IMG/VR virus record: IMGVR_UViG_3300027804_002812
Span: 32,001-96,000 of that record
DNA length: 64,000 nucleotides
Source: a virus
Taxonomy: Duplodnaviria; Caudoviricetes
Reading direction: 5' to 3' (one strand)
Shown here: one piece after another, positions 1-9,125 of the stretch
How the letters are laid out: each line of letters starts with the position of its first letter
Position numbering within the stretch: the stretch's first letter is position 1
Notes under the pieces: generated by a model
What the model saw: the letters and a program-made list of their open reading frames with translations, nothing else
Told to the model about the DNA's origin: nothing
Databases searched by the model: none
Program-made: the position numbers and the translations under genes

Positions 1-150
1 AAGTACCATTTGTTCCACTAGACCCTGAAGTACCACTAGATCCTGAAGTTCCGCTAGTACCTGAAGTTCCTGATGTCCCACTTGTTCCTGATGTTCCATC
101 AGTTCCAGAAGTACCATTTGTACCAGCAGACCCTGAAGTACCAGATTGGC
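1..150 (-). repeat. Degenerate 9/18-bp coding repeats encoding (G-T-S/G-S-S/G-T-N)n
   Basis: Plus strand shows recurring cctgaagtacc / ccactagatcc / cctgatgt units. Minus-strand translation gives SGTSGSAGTNGTSGTDGTSGTSGTSGTSGTSGTSGSSGTSGSSGTNGT. Confidence 0.9.
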
Positions 151-736
151 CTATAATGTTAAAAATAAATTGTGTATTCGCAGGAATTGAACCCGCACCA
201 CCAGCAGCAACTTGAAATACTTCGTAATCTTCATAATTAGGATAAGTTGGTGAAACTGCCGTAATTCTTAATAATTTGAAAAATGATGGATTGTCTACTC
301 TAACTAATTTGATTGTAGTACCAACAGTTAATGTATTTAATAAACTCGAAAAATCTTGCGCAGGACTAAACGCAGTATCACTTATTGTAATTCCTGTTGT
401 AGTCAATGAAAAATCGTCACCAGTATTTAGTGCAAAGTATCCTGTACCAGGATTTGACATAACAGTAGACCCTGTAAACCTCCAAACGGCAATATTACCT
501 TCTAATCCGGATGTTCCTGATGACCCACTTGAACCTGATGACCCACTTGACCCCGAAGACCCACTTGAACCTGACGTACCACTTGTACCCCCTGAAATGC
601 TTGCAGTTAAGGATGAAAAAGCTATTTGACCTGAGGTTCCTGAGGTTCCTCCCGTAAAATTTGTAACAATATATAGTCTATCATTCGAGGTCGCGGCGGA
701 GACTATAGGTAAATCAGTTATTCTAGTGTTTGACAT
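1..736 (-). CDS. Tail-fibre-like protein with Gly-X-Y (GTS/GSS/GTN) collagen-like repeats; runs off the left end of the window and is absent from the ORF track
   Basis: ATG at 736, reading MSNTRITDLPIVSAATSNDRLYIVTNFTGGTSGTSGQIAFSSL..., open to position 1. Two Gly-X-Y tracts flank a globular domain of about 120 aa. The ITDLP N-terminus resembles phage fibre proteins. TATTTATA motif lies 4 nt upstream. Confidence 0.8.
   Translation of the reverse strand, partial: MSNTRITDLPIVSAATSNDRLYIVTNFTGGTSGTSGQIAFSSLTASISGGTSGTSGSSGSSGSSGSSGSSGSSGTSGLEGNIAVWRFTGSTVMSNPGTGYFALNTGDDFSLTTTGITISDTAFSPAQDFSSLLNTLTVGTTIKLVRVDNPSFFKLLRITAVSPTYPNYEDYEVFQVAAGGAGSIPANTQFIFNIIGQSGTSGSAGTNGTSGTDGTSGTSGTSGTSGTSGTSGSSGTSGSSGTNGT
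510..650 (-). repeat. Second Gly-X-Y Ser/Thr repeat tract
   Basis: cctgatgacccacttgaa-type 18-bp units; translation SGGTSGTSGSSGSSGSSGSSGSSGTSG. Confidence 0.85.
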
Positions 737-795
737 AACTTATAAATATTTTTCTATATTATTTTTTTCTCTATATATCATTTTATTTTTTCGGT

Positions 796-1128
796 CTATA
801 GAGGAACGCCTCCCGATGACTGTACAACCAAATTGTTACCACTTTGAGTCATTATGATAATTCCATTTTGAGTTATAATGAAATCTCCAAATACACAAGT
901 CAATACCTTAAACACCTGACAATTGTTGGCATCGACCATTTTCAACAAAATTTCAGGTGCAGTTTGAAATATTGGTGGAATTACTGTGTTATATTCTATA
1001 TTTGGAGGTACCGGACCAGAGTTTATTGTCCCCAAAAAAGTCTCATAGTTTCCGTAAACATCCGATATGAATACATTAATTGGGTATGTCCCTCCCGATA
1101 TTTCCGTAACTACTACCTGATTACTCAT
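796..1128 (-). CDS. Hypothetical small structural protein, fibre-associated
   Basis: Start moved to MSNQVV at 1128, which overlaps the upstream TGA (ATGA coupling). C-terminal IITQNG..IMTQSG motif. Confidence 0.6.
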   Translation of the reverse strand: MSNQVVVTEISGGTYPINVFISDVYGNYETFLGTINSGPVPPNIEYNTVIPPIFQTAPEILLKMVDANNCQVFKVLTCVFGDFIITQNGIIIMTQSGNNLVVQSSGGVPL

Positions 1129-3260
1129 GTTAAACAAATTATATTATAGTCTATAACTAGATCGATAACGATTTCTTCTCCTTCCAAAGAAGTATTATTT
1201 CTACTTGTTTCGATAGTTATTTGATTATTTAGTTGGTCTATTATAACATTACCCACACCAGGTATACCCAATAATAAAGTACGAATTGTATCATACCATT
1301 GATTATCAGTAGGTACTTGGACTAATGATGTTGATGTAAAGAAATTTTGAGTTGCAACTATCCCCGATGGATTTACCGAAACTTTTGCAGTAAATGTTGC
1401 ACTTATTAAATCACAACTTGTATTTCCTGAGGTTAAATCAAAAAATCCTTCATTCAACATTTGTAATAATCCAAATTTAGTTGGAGATTGAATGTTAAAT
1501 ACTTCAGCTCCCATGACATAAGTTTGATAGGAGGTAGAATTCGTATTACAAGTTATGGTCGTATTTCTTGTTAATGAACATCCATTTGCATCCACCACAG
1601 TCAAAGAATAAGTACCTGCCGTCAAACCACTAACTTGAATTTGTTGTGGTTCGTTTGGTACATTATCAGACCAATTGAAACTAAATGGTGGTTCGCCTGA
1701 AGTAATGAATGCCGTGATTTTCCCACTTGACCCACTACCACAAGAAGTACTATATAATGAATAATTTAATGATTGGCTACTTGGTACTAATATGTTTGTA
1801 GTTTGAATACATCCATCCGCATCGGTTACGGTAATAACATGAGTACCTGACGATAAATTATTGAATGTTACCGCAGTTAAGTTTGTATCAATTACATTTT
1901 GGATTCCATCTACAGAGTAATCCAAAGGTAAAGTTGCACCTGTTGTTGTTAAAATTGTTACAGAACCGTTATTTTGATTACAACTAGTTCCTACAACCTG
2001 TGTTGAAATTGTAAATTTGTTTTGAGCAACTAAAGTTACCTCCTCTAAAAAAGAACATCCTGTATTGTCAGATACACCCACAGTGTAAGTACCCCCACTT
2101 AAATTTCCAAATATTTGAGTAGTTTGAGAATTACTAATATTCAGTTGATTCCCTGTCGGATAAATTAATGTATAAGTATATGGTGAAGTTCCTCCAACCA
2201 AATTAACAGTAATTGAACCGTTAGTACTAGAACAAGTTGAATTTTGTCCTTGAACACTAACACTTGTTATCCCACCCGGAGTTTCAAGTGTTGTACCTGC
2301 GAACATTTGACATAGTCCTGCGTCTGTAACTTGGAAGTTATATTGACCAGCAGATAATGATGAAATTGTAAACGTTCTTGAATAGGAAACTAAAACGTCT
2401 CCTGTAGAGGCTGAATAGTAAAAGGGTGCTGTTCCACCTGTGATGGTCATATTGATGACCCCATTTGATTGGAGACAAGTTGGTGCAGTCGATGTAAATA
2501 TTCCAAGACCGACCGGACTTACGTTGGTTATTGTCGCCGATTTAGATAAAATACATCCGTAAGCATCGGTAACTTCAACAGAGTATGTACCCGAAGTTAA
2601 TCCTGTAATCGTACTACCTGTCTGTGCATTACTCCATAGATAACTGTATGGTGCTTGTCCAGTTTGACCTGTTACAAAAATTTTACCTATTGGACTTCCA
2701 CCACAACTTGAATTTGGCACAACATATAAACCAAAATCCAAAGGCTCCGATTCTTCAACTATAAATGTCTGAGTAAAAGCAGTGCATCCACCTAAATCTG
2801 TAACTCCCAAATAATAAGTTCCCGCACTCAATTGACCAAAAACCGCTTCATTTGTGTTTGTAGATGCTGAGGTAAGATAATTGTTATTTATATCATACAA
2901 TGAAAAGTTTGTTGATGAATATAACGAAGTTGATGAACCTGTAACCGATCCATTATTAACTCCACAAGTTGTATTTTGTACTGCGACAATCGAACCACAA
3001 ACTCCACTTGACACTGGAATGTTTAGTAGAAACTCATTGTTAGTTGGTAAACTACTATCATTTACCCTAACTTGATAAACATTACTTGCCAACCCAACTA
3101 AAGATGCTGGCTGAATTGTTATAGTTTGAGGGGCGTAAGATGGATTAAGGAACTGTACTGTGTATGGAGGTGTCCCCGCACTAACGAATAAATTGAAAGC
3201 TCCTGAATTATTATTGGAACAATCACCAGTTACCGTTATGTTATAATTTAATGCTGCCAT
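1125..3260 (-). CDS. SprB-repeat-containing protein (Cys-rich beta-sandwich repeats), probable receptor-binding or fibre protein
   Basis: About six repeats of type GGT(A/P)P(Y/F).Y.WS....G..ITGL.AG.Y.V.VTD..GC (VTDLGGC, VTDAYGC, VTDAGLC, VSDNTGC, VTDADGC, VVDANGC), matching the SprB repeat pattern. Confidence 0.75.
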   Translation of the reverse strand: MAALNYNITVTGDCSNNNSGAFNLFVSAGTPPYTVQFLNPSYAPQTITIQPASLVGLASNVYQVRVNDSSLPTNNEFLLNIPVSSGVCGSIVAVQNTTCGVNNGSVTGSSTSLYSSTNFSLYDINNNYLTSASTNTNEAVFGQLSAGTYYLGVTDLGGCTAFTQTFIVEESEPLDFGLYVVPNSSCGGSPIGKIFVTGQTGQAPYSYLWSNAQTGSTITGLTSGTYSVEVTDAYGCILSKSATITNVSPVGLGIFTSTAPTCLQSNGVINMTITGGTAPFYYSASTGDVLVSYSRTFTISSLSAGQYNFQVTDAGLCQMFAGTTLETPGGITSVSVQGQNSTCSSTNGSITVNLVGGTSPYTYTLIYPTGNQLNISNSQTTQIFGNLSGGTYTVGVSDNTGCSFLEEVTLVAQNKFTISTQVVGTSCNQNNGSVTILTTTGATLPLDYSVDGIQNVIDTNLTAVTFNNLSSGTHVITVTDADGCIQTTNILVPSSQSLNYSLYSTSCGSGSSGKITAFITSGEPPFSFNWSDNVPNEPQQIQVSGLTAGTYSLTVVDANGCSLTRNTTITCNTNSTSYQTYVMGAEVFNIQSPTKFGLLQMLNEGFFDLTSGNTSCDLISATFTAKVSVNPSGIVATQNFFTSTSLVQVPTDNQWYDTIRTLLLGIPGVGNVIIDQLNNQITIETSRNNTSLEGEEIVIDLVIDYNIICLT

Positions 3261-6247
3261 TAGTTATTAGTACAGTTTATACTTATATTTATCCCTGAAT
3301 TCAAGGAAAGTGTCTCATTAATATTTCTTTCGGTACAAGTTAGACTTGTAATTGTTAACAAATTACCATTTAAGAAAAATGTAAATCCATAATCATATAG
3401 TTGTGGAAGATATTGTATTAAAGCATTTCTCCACATTGTATTAGTTGGTACATCAGTCAAACCATATCCAACATAGAATAATTCTTTAATTATTAAATCC
3501 CCACCAATCCTTAAATCAACATACCAATTACTTTCAACTGAATTCTGAATACAGTCATTTAATGTTAACCCACTCTGTGCTAACATATTATTGACTCTAT
3601 TTGATAAGATACTACTGAAATTACTAACATCAACATCTCCATTCAACCAAGGATATATGTTGAAGTCCGTATATTCAGTTGTACAGGTGTAATCAAAAAT
3701 ATTAGATATGATGAAACAAGGATCGACAGGTACAGGAATAAACTGACATCCTCTTTGTCTTCGATAAACAAACTTTTGTCTTTGGAATATTGAATTTTCC
3801 ATTCTAACCCCCGTGTTCCATATTGTTGTTGCAGGAATCATTTGTTCCACCAACTTCATCCAATAAGGACCAATACCATTTACATAATCAATTAATTTTT
3901 GATAAGTATATTTGTTATTAGGTAACCCAACCGCACTTTCGGATTCAATGTACTTCCAAAAGATTGATTGTAATGTTGGATAACCTCCAGTTTTTCCATC
4001 AGTAATGTATTGACGGTTTCTAACATTAATCATGTTCTCCCAAAAAGTTTGAGAGAATTCAAAAAACGTTTTCTTTTTTGGCTGTGGATTTACGAATGTA
4101 GAATCAACACCACCAGGTACAGGATATCCAACGGTTAGTCCTGATTCAGGAATTGGATAGTCATATCTTCTTGATTGGTCCCAAACATCGTAAACTAAAC
4201 CTTGTGCAGGATTTAAGAAAAGGTCTACGTTTTTAACATTCAAAACTAACTTTTCATTGTCAACGAAATAATATGCATTATAATCCGCACTTGTTGAAAC
4301 TCTGATTTTATCATCTTCTTCCAACCAAGATTTATTATTATCAACTACTTTTCTAAGTTTGAATCCTTCAGTCATAAACGGAAAGTCTCTAAACCTATTC
4401 AAGTAAGGTTGTCCATAAGTAAATGGTGCTAACTGTGTTTGAATATTAAAATTTTGGCCTGTGAATACTTGGCCAGTTACTGTAACTTCGTCAGGACTTC
4501 TATGTGATGGTGTTGATTCGTACCATCCAGCCCCTATTTGAAAGAAATAACTCTCTGTATTGACAGGAGCTTTCGGATATCCCTCCAAATCGACAGGATA
4601 ATCATCTAGTCTTGTCGTCACATCTTGATACGTATTCGTGGAGGTAAACGCACTGAATGTTTGTCCTTTTATCTTATACGTTGATCCAGGTATAAACCCT
4701 GGTGTATTTTGAACATATGTACCTCCTGAAATTGATGCCCACTGAACCCCAAACTGGTCCATATTTATTTTTTGGTCTGCTAAATAAATGTGTTCATTAA
4801 ACTCTATCAATGAATCAGGTGCACCTATTAATCTTAACATAAATTCAACAGACCTTCTCGTTCCTTTTGATTTGAACAAATAAGACGCGTTCAAAATTAG
4901 ATTACGATAGAAAGCGTAATTCAATTCTGTTGGTGTTAGGGCTCTTGCATATCCTGGATATGTTGGAGTTGAAGTATTTCCGAATACCGAACTTAGAAAA
5001 TCCTCGTTTGTTATTGGCGAAAAATTTGAACTCCATCCTAAAGTTTGTGCCAAGTTGACCAAAAGTTGTGATGGAATATCATTTGAAGGATTGTAACTAA
5101 CAGAGTTCATATACGCCAACGCATCTATGAATTGTTTGATTTGGTCAAAACTTCTACCGTAAATTTGAAATATCTTTTCAACTTTTTGTCCTAATGTATC
5201 AAATTCTTTTAAGGAATCAGTCACCAAAAATCTTGATATTAAATTTGTTTTGAATGAGTCCAAATTAATGGCTATCGCCTCAAGTTGACTTAAATAGTCT
5301 TCAAATAAAAATGATTTAATATCCAAGTTCCACGGTCCTTCTTTTGGCCATGTTACTTGCTGATAATCCGTGAAAAATTGACCAGCCTCATTCTGTTGTG
5401 GAACTTGGAATACCGCAGTATATTCAGGTCTAATAAGTCGGTTGAGTAAGAACTTTTGAACCTCATCGAAATCTTCAGCGAAGATTCGGTCAACCACAAA
5501 ATCATTTGGTCTGACTTGGAACTCTTCATTCGAAGTAGTTGCCGTAGTACCAAATGGTGAACCCGACACAATCAATTCAATAAATCCTGAAGATAATGTT
5601 TGTGAAGGTCTGAATGCAACAAGATTATAAATATTGTCATTAATCGCAACACAGTAATCCAAATAGGTGTTATATAGATTCCTATAAGGAGAAACCGTAA
5701 TCTCCCTTACTGATAAGTTTGTTGTTGCACTTAATGAATAATCAATATCAAATGGGTTATTGATTCTACTAGTATCTATTCTGAATGTAGTTTCATTTAA
5801 TGTTGAATCGTAAGATATATTAGTTGCTGTCGCGCCAGTAACGAAATCCTCATTATTGAACTGTATATCCAAAGATGCTGGAAATCTATGGATAATTTCA
5901 GTAATTGAAACTTGAAATCTCTTACTTAATGACCCATACATTGAAAAGTTTAGGACCTGTGACACATCATAGTTCGGATATACTCTGAACTGTGTCGCCA
6001 TTATTCTTCTACTCTCAGTTAAATCAGTAATATTTAGCCCCTCCAAACTTATAGGTTCAGAGAATGCTCCTACATTAAAGTCTCTAGTTACTCTTTCTGT
6101 AACCGAAGTTGTGAACTCAAAGTTACCTTGCGTAAGTCCTCCTCCTTCAACTGTTTGTAATCCTACAATATTGTCAGAGAAGGTTGCGGCTCCACTACCC
6201 GGCCGTGGTGGGTAAAAAAATTTAGTAGTACTTTGAGTCGTAGCCAT
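3260..6247 (-). CDS. Baseplate wedge / P2 gpI-like tail protein
   Basis: YLFKSKGTRRSVEFMLRLIG resembles the Tail_P2_I / gp7-like KGT motif; located downstream of gp6 in the baseplate cluster. Confidence 0.55.
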   Translation of the reverse strand: MATTQSTTKFFYPPRPGSGAATFSDNIVGLQTVEGGGLTQGNFEFTTSVTERVTRDFNVGAFSEPISLEGLNITDLTESRRIMATQFRVYPNYDVSQVLNFSMYGSLSKRFQVSITEIIHRFPASLDIQFNNEDFVTGATATNISYDSTLNETTFRIDTSRINNPFDIDYSLSATTNLSVREITVSPYRNLYNTYLDYCVAINDNIYNLVAFRPSQTLSSGFIELIVSGSPFGTTATTSNEEFQVRPNDFVVDRIFAEDFDEVQKFLLNRLIRPEYTAVFQVPQQNEAGQFFTDYQQVTWPKEGPWNLDIKSFLFEDYLSQLEAIAINLDSFKTNLISRFLVTDSLKEFDTLGQKVEKIFQIYGRSFDQIKQFIDALAYMNSVSYNPSNDIPSQLLVNLAQTLGWSSNFSPITNEDFLSSVFGNTSTPTYPGYARALTPTELNYAFYRNLILNASYLFKSKGTRRSVEFMLRLIGAPDSLIEFNEHIYLADQKINMDQFGVQWASISGGTYVQNTPGFIPGSTYKIKGQTFSAFTSTNTYQDVTTRLDDYPVDLEGYPKAPVNTESYFFQIGAGWYESTPSHRSPDEVTVTGQVFTGQNFNIQTQLAPFTYGQPYLNRFRDFPFMTEGFKLRKVVDNNKSWLEEDDKIRVSTSADYNAYYFVDNEKLVLNVKNVDLFLNPAQGLVYDVWDQSRRYDYPIPESGLTVGYPVPGGVDSTFVNPQPKKKTFFEFSQTFWENMINVRNRQYITDGKTGGYPTLQSIFWKYIESESAVGLPNNKYTYQKLIDYVNGIGPYWMKLVEQMIPATTIWNTGVRMENSIFQRQKFVYRRQRGCQFIPVPVDPCFIISNIFDYTCTTEYTDFNIYPWLNGDVDVSNFSSILSNRVNNMLAQSGLTLNDCIQNSVESNWYVDLRIGGDLIIKELFYVGYGLTDVPTNTMWRNALIQYLPQLYDYGFTFFLNGNLLTITSLTCTERNINETLSLNSGINISINCTNN

Positions 6248-7155
6248 TAACTAGTTATATTTGTAAAGTTTTTGCTGAAATCGATATTATTACCTCTACT
6301 TTGTCTAACCTCATAAAGAAGAGCATTAAATTGGTCTCTAATTTCGTATAGGTTGTACTGTCTATAGATATTATCATTAGAGTCGTAGATAGTGTAGATA
6401 CCATCATCAATAGACTTAGTTTGATTACCATATAGCGCAATAGCAAGAGAAGAAATATCGTACTCAACCATTTCAATCTCAATAGATACTGGATTGAAGA
6501 AGGTATTAGAAATAATAATATCTTGGTCAGGCTGTCCGATGTACGGAGTTGCGTTTGGTTTGTTCGTTGGTGATGAAGATGGTGAAAGAGTTAGGAATAT
6601 CAAATTTGAGTTTCCTTCAACATATCTATATCTAATCGCTTTTTGTGTTGTATTAACTTCATTTGTCACAACAGGTTCACAGAAGAAACTTGATGTTACA
6701 ACTCTGAAGAAATTAGGAATTTTCGACCCATCAGCGTTTAGATATTCAACTCTGAATCCAACCAATCCTTGTGGAACAAATTTGTTTTGATATTGTGTTG
6801 GTACATCAGAAACGTCAATTATAATACCCTTAACGTTCGGTAATGCACTTAATACACCACAATCACTAATTACCGTTCTAATCTCAGCAGGTCTAATATA
6901 TAAAGTGTAAATCCCCAACGCGTTAAACTGATTTGCAGGTAGTGTTAAATTATAAAGGCCTCCCAAAACTTCAACACCTGCATTCCCCCCTGTTTCGGAG
7001 TTTGCGAAGTAAGGTCTTAATATTGTTTGTGCATCCAACTTTGTTAGGACAAACTGGTCTGTCACATCCCTTGTAGGTGTGTAATTCATAATGATATCAA
7101 CATCCGCTGGTGAAACATCTGAAGGTCTTATTGTACCGTATGAGCCGATTGCCAT
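6247..7155 (-). CDS. Hypothetical virion (baseplate region) protein
   Basis: 302 aa, coupled to the next gene, preceded by the TATTTATA motif; no recognisable catalytic motif. Confidence 0.6.
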   Translation of the reverse strand: MAIGSYGTIRPSDVSPADVDIIMNYTPTRDVTDQFVLTKLDAQTILRPYFANSETGGNAGVEVLGGLYNLTLPANQFNALGIYTLYIRPAEIRTVISDCGVLSALPNVKGIIIDVSDVPTQYQNKFVPQGLVGFRVEYLNADGSKIPNFFRVVTSSFFCEPVVTNEVNTTQKAIRYRYVEGNSNLIFLTLSPSSSPTNKPNATPYIGQPDQDIIISNTFFNPVSIEIEMVEYDISSLAIALYGNQTKSIDDGIYTIYDSNDNIYRQYNLYEIRDQFNALLYEVRQSRGNNIDFSKNFTNITS

Positions 7156-7194
7156 ATTCTCTTATTTAATTTATAAATACTTTATTTCCTTTTT

Positions 7195-8289
7195 TCAATT
7201 AATTCTTTCTTTATTAACTACGTTGAAAAATCCATATCCATAGTTAATCATATCTCCCAAGTTATCTACTTCACCTAACCTCATCACTCTTTCGTAAGCA
7301 CTATTCTTTCCTCTTTCAACGAATATATTAGTTTGTATTTGTGCTTGGTCAATTACTTTGAGTAAAACCTCATCTTTAGTGATAGGTTGTGCGGTCAAAT
7401 TATTCGATGTTAACCCCGATGATTCTTGGAAGAATATTGTGGTCCCATCATTGTAATCATAGTAATGAACTCCAGTAATTGTATAGGCAGTAAATACAGG
7501 ATTTATATCTGAGATTGCCCCCCATATTTGTCCATAACTAATAACAGGCACACCAACTTGAAATTTAGGGCTACCATACAACGCCAATTCATTTACCCTA
7601 GATTTTGTATTGCCTGAAACCATGAATGGAATTGTAACATAGTTATTAGATGTCTGAGCCGAAACTACGTTCACCGCATCTCCCGAAAAAATGTAATCGT
7701 AAGATACAGGTGTCCCAATCCAATTTCCTGTGGATGGCGCAAAAAACGCTTCCCCCTGTGGATTATAAATTACAACATCAGTAAATGGAACATTGATTGT
7801 TTTCGATACCTTTGTTATACCCCAAGGATTAGTTTGTTCTAAAGTTATAGTATATTGTTTGGTCGCGGTTGGATAAGTATGACTTATTGAATTGGGGGCA
7901 TAAGTTGTTATGGTTTGTTTCGGACTTCCGTCCCCCCAATCCACTCTATACACCGATAACTCCAAAAACTTTTGAAACTCATCCGAAGTATTGTAAACAT
8001 TCCATACGTATGGATTAGTTGTTGTTGAAGAGAATAGAAAGTTCGTTACAACATCTTTTTGTAACACCGCTCCATCAAATGGACTATAGTATCCCGCATC
8101 AACCGCAGTTTGTCTTAATAAGACGTTTACAGATAAACCAGTTAATATTGAAGTCCCATTAGGTCCTGAACTAACAACTTGCGTCATTGCCGAATAAACA
8201 CCAACAGGAGTCCCTTGGTAATTTACCACAGACAAATCTCCTTTAATATTCTCAGGTGAAACTATGAATCTATAACTATCCTGTGACAT
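7195..8289 (-). CDS. Structural protein with PKD-like domain
   Basis: YRVDWGDGSP...ISHTYPT...YTITLEQTN matches the PKD signature W.(F/W)GDG...HTY...Y.VTL. Confidence 0.6.
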   Translation of the reverse strand: MSQDSYRFIVSPENIKGDLSVVNYQGTPVGVYSAMTQVVSSGPNGTSILTGLSVNVLLRQTAVDAGYYSPFDGAVLQKDVVTNFLFSSTTTNPYVWNVYNTSDEFQKFLELSVYRVDWGDGSPKQTITTYAPNSISHTYPTATKQYTITLEQTNPWGITKVSKTINVPFTDVVIYNPQGEAFFAPSTGNWIGTPVSYDYIFSGDAVNVVSAQTSNNYVTIPFMVSGNTKSRVNELALYGSPKFQVGVPVISYGQIWGAISDINPVFTAYTITGVHYYDYNDGTTIFFQESSGLTSNNLTAQPITKDEVLLKVIDQAQIQTNIFVERGKNSAYERVMRLGEVDNLGDMINYGYGFFNVVNKERIN

Positions 8290-9125
8290 TATTGTGGTGG
8301 ATTTACGTACTCATACCATTTTATGGGGATATTGGTTCCCACCCTTTGTCCACTAGTATTAAACACTTGGTAAGTCTGTGTTTCATAATCAAGTTTTACG
8401 GTATAGTAGAAAAACTGTGTATTATCAAAATAATACTTGTTATTTCTACTTAAATTGACTTGGGGTCCGTTAGTAAGATCGATTGGATTCGCTCCTCTAC
8501 CTGTCATCATTTTTGTGAACTGTCCCGTCTTCGCATTAAAAAACTTAGCGGTCATAAAAAATGTATTTATATTAAGAAAATTTCGTTTCTTCAACCAATA
8601 CACAAAAAACCCTTCTTTATCACCAACATAATCCAAAACAAATTGAGGTTTTCTAATGTTAACCAAAGTCCTTTGCATTTGAGTTTCCATAGTCAAACCT
8701 TGTTGTGTTGGTAATATAATTGTCAAATAATTTGTTTGTTGTTTTTCGTCAGGAGTATCATAGAAATCCAACTTGAAAAATGAGTTGGCAAATACATTCT
8801 CATAATAATATACTTCTTGTGGAGTAAATCCTTCACTTAAGTAATTGATTCTCCAATTACTTGAATCGTCAAGAGACCCTCCAGAATAAAAGTAAAATTC
8901 GTAGTTAATTAAAGTGTCATTTGTAGTACCTGTTGCAGGTGCGTGTGCAAATCTTGAGATTTCAAAATCTCTTCCTTTACCTATAACATCTCTAATCGCT
9001 TTCTCCTCATACTCATCAATAGCCAAATCTAACCCCAAATAATCCCACTTGAGTTCAACAGGAATGTTGATTTGTTTGTCAACAAAGCCAGTTTGTTTAA
9101 TTACAAATTTATTCGCACTCATCAA
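8289..9125 (-). CDS. Hypothetical structural protein
   Basis: 278 aa ORF overlapping both neighbours in the operon. Confidence 0.6.
   Translation of the reverse strand: MMSANKFVIKQTGFVDKQINIPVELKWDYLGLDLAIDEYEEKAIRDVIGKGRDFEISRFAHAPATGTTNDTLINYEFYFYSGGSLDDSSNWRINYLSEGFTPQEVYYYENVFANSFFKLDFYDTPDEKQQTNYLTIILPTQQGLTMETQMQRTLVNIRKPQFVLDYVGDKEGFFVYWLKKRNFLNINTFFMTAKFFNAKTGQFTKMMTGRGANPIDLTNGPQVNLSRNNKYYFDNTQFFYYTVKLDYETQTYQVFNTSGQRVGTNIPIKWYEYVNPPQ

Noticed and set aside
1-150. Short periodic repeats resembling a CRISPR array or satellite
   Set aside because: The period is a multiple of 3, there are no unique spacers, and they are fully explained by Gly-X-Y coding.
276-629. Plus-strand 117 aa ORF with PDDPLEP repeats
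   Set aside because: Antisense shadow of the Gly-X-Y fibre gene; its repeats are the reverse complement of the GSS/GTS codons.
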